Part shown: piece after piece, positions 63,049-64,000 of the stretch
Layout: each line of letters starts with the position of its first letter
Numbering within the stretch: the stretch's first letter is position 1
Source of the DNA: Vitrella brassicaformis CCMP3155
Lineage: Eukaryota > Protista > Chromerida
DNA: 64,000 nt
Assembly (NCBI GenBank): GCA_001179505.1
Contig: CDMY01000840.1
Span: 186,001 to 250,000, forward strand
Reading direction: 5' to 3'
Made by a program: the position numbers and the translations under genes
Notes under the pieces: model-generated
The model's database searches: none
Told to the model about the DNA's origin: nothing
What the model saw: only the letters and a program-made list of their open reading frames with translations

Positions 63049-64000
63049 TCAAAAGCAATGCAATACAATACAATACAAAAACAAAAAACAGCCATCCTCC
63101 CCCGTCTGTCTACATATGGGGGCGCGGGGGCCTCTTCTCGTGGTGGCGGTGGGTGGTGGGTGGGGTGCTTCTCGTCGGCGGAGAGGGTCCCATGCGAAGC
63201 CGTCATTCAGCCGCACTGTGATTCGTCCTCCCGTTGCTCGACGGATGACGAACCCTCCTGAGCCGTCCAGGTCGTACATATCGATGTTATTCGCTCGCAC
63301 ACTTGCCGCACGCCACAGTGACTGACGCTCTCTGCCTGCCAGCTGCGGAGCGACTGGATGCTGCGCCGGGCAGGCTGCCCTAGGTGTCTTGCAGGTGGCA
63401 CCTGTCGGTGGAGTAGAGGGAGGGCCACGGCCGCCTTGAGTCAAGGCAGATGGTTGGTGAGTCTGTGAGGGGGGCGGCACAGCAGACAGACAGACAGACG
63501 GGCAGGAGAAGCCGGGAACACCGGGCAGCGGCGATAAATCTAGACAGAAAGAAGCGACCAAGGACAGACAAAGCGTGATATGTGCACGAGTAGCTCTCCG
63601 GTTGTCCTCTGTTCTCACCTCCCAGAAGGCGATCTTGAATCCACACGTCGCAGCGCCCCCCACAGCATCGCATCCTCCTGCCAGCTGCCGCATCGCCCGC
63701 TCGAAGAGCGTGTCCAGCATGATCCCATTCAGCGTCACTGCTCGTCAGTCACTCAGGTCCTCCCCCTACACATACACGTGGCACATCACTGGATGAGTGG
63801 GAGTGGTGAGTGGGCAGACGGGGGCGTGTGGGTACCTTACCTTGGTGGTTTTGATGGCGGTCTTCGCCACGGGAGGGTGCCGACGCCTGTCTCTGAGCCA
63901 TCATGCGCATGAAGGCGGCCTCCACCGCCTTGAATTGGCTGCCTCGGGGTTCACACGACTCTCAGAGGGTGGGTCACACGCGACCTGAACGCATTCATAA
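63049..64000 (-). CDS. Partial hypothetical protein (5' part beyond the window end)
   Basis: Spliceable exons GSQFKAVEAAFMRMM..., VTLNGIMLDTLFERAMRQLAGG...KIAFWE and NIDMYDLDGSGGFVIRR. Confidence 0.4.

Larger units (their letters stand above)
1..64000. repeat. Pervasive intronic/intergenic microsatellites (CA/GT, GA, GATG, GACA, CAGG, CACCA, TACG)
   Basis: Seen in nearly every intron, e.g. 671-692, 986-1013, 6087-6113, 39582-39628. Confidence 0.95.

Noticed and set aside
27-63988. Most ORFs in the provided six-frame track
   Set aside because: They are antisense or shadow frames, or run through microsatellite introns (VCVCVC, HTHTHT, DRQTD, MDGWMD); some begin at non-ATG codons.
1-64000. CRISPR arrays, rRNA, operons, transposase/RT ORFs
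   Set aside because: None seen. Repeats are microsatellites or short tandem units without unique spacers, and the sequence is spliced eukaryotic DNA.

Overview
Eukaryotic nuclear DNA: GC-rich and gene-dense, with many short GT-AG introns full of (CA)n/(GACA)n/(GATG)n/(CAGG)n microsatellites. Three proteins carry bipartite signal+Phe plastid leaders and there is a lineage-typical FKBP-like ORF, so this is most likely the chromerid alga Vitrella brassicaformis (inference). About 22 intron-split genes were reconstructed by hand: DOT1-like methyltransferase, NHL beta-propeller membrane protein, Wee1/Myt1-like kinase, Wee1-derived pseudokinase, kinesin-8, plastid MetAP1, SURNod19-like protein, ZNHIT1, RBM34/Nop12, IPK1, plastid SecA, SLC25 carrier, triple-CCCH protein, plastid HSP20, EMC8/9, NmrA-like, FKBP-like, Chk2-like FHA kinase, CBM20 protein and several hypotheticals. 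There is also a degenerate pseudogene and two 300-N gaps. Main points of interest: (1) an active Wee1-like kinase sits head-to-head, 129 bp apart, with a catalytically dead Wee1-like pseudokinase; (2) an in-frame TAG lies inside the conserved DOT1 catalytic core; (3) seven divergent gene pairs are only 61-290 bp apart, and a recurrent GCGAGCTNAG motif often lies 17-40 bp from start codons; (4) an HSE-like hairpin lies downstream of HSP20. Gene ends and splice sites are manual estimates, and family calls come from remembered motifs, not database searches.
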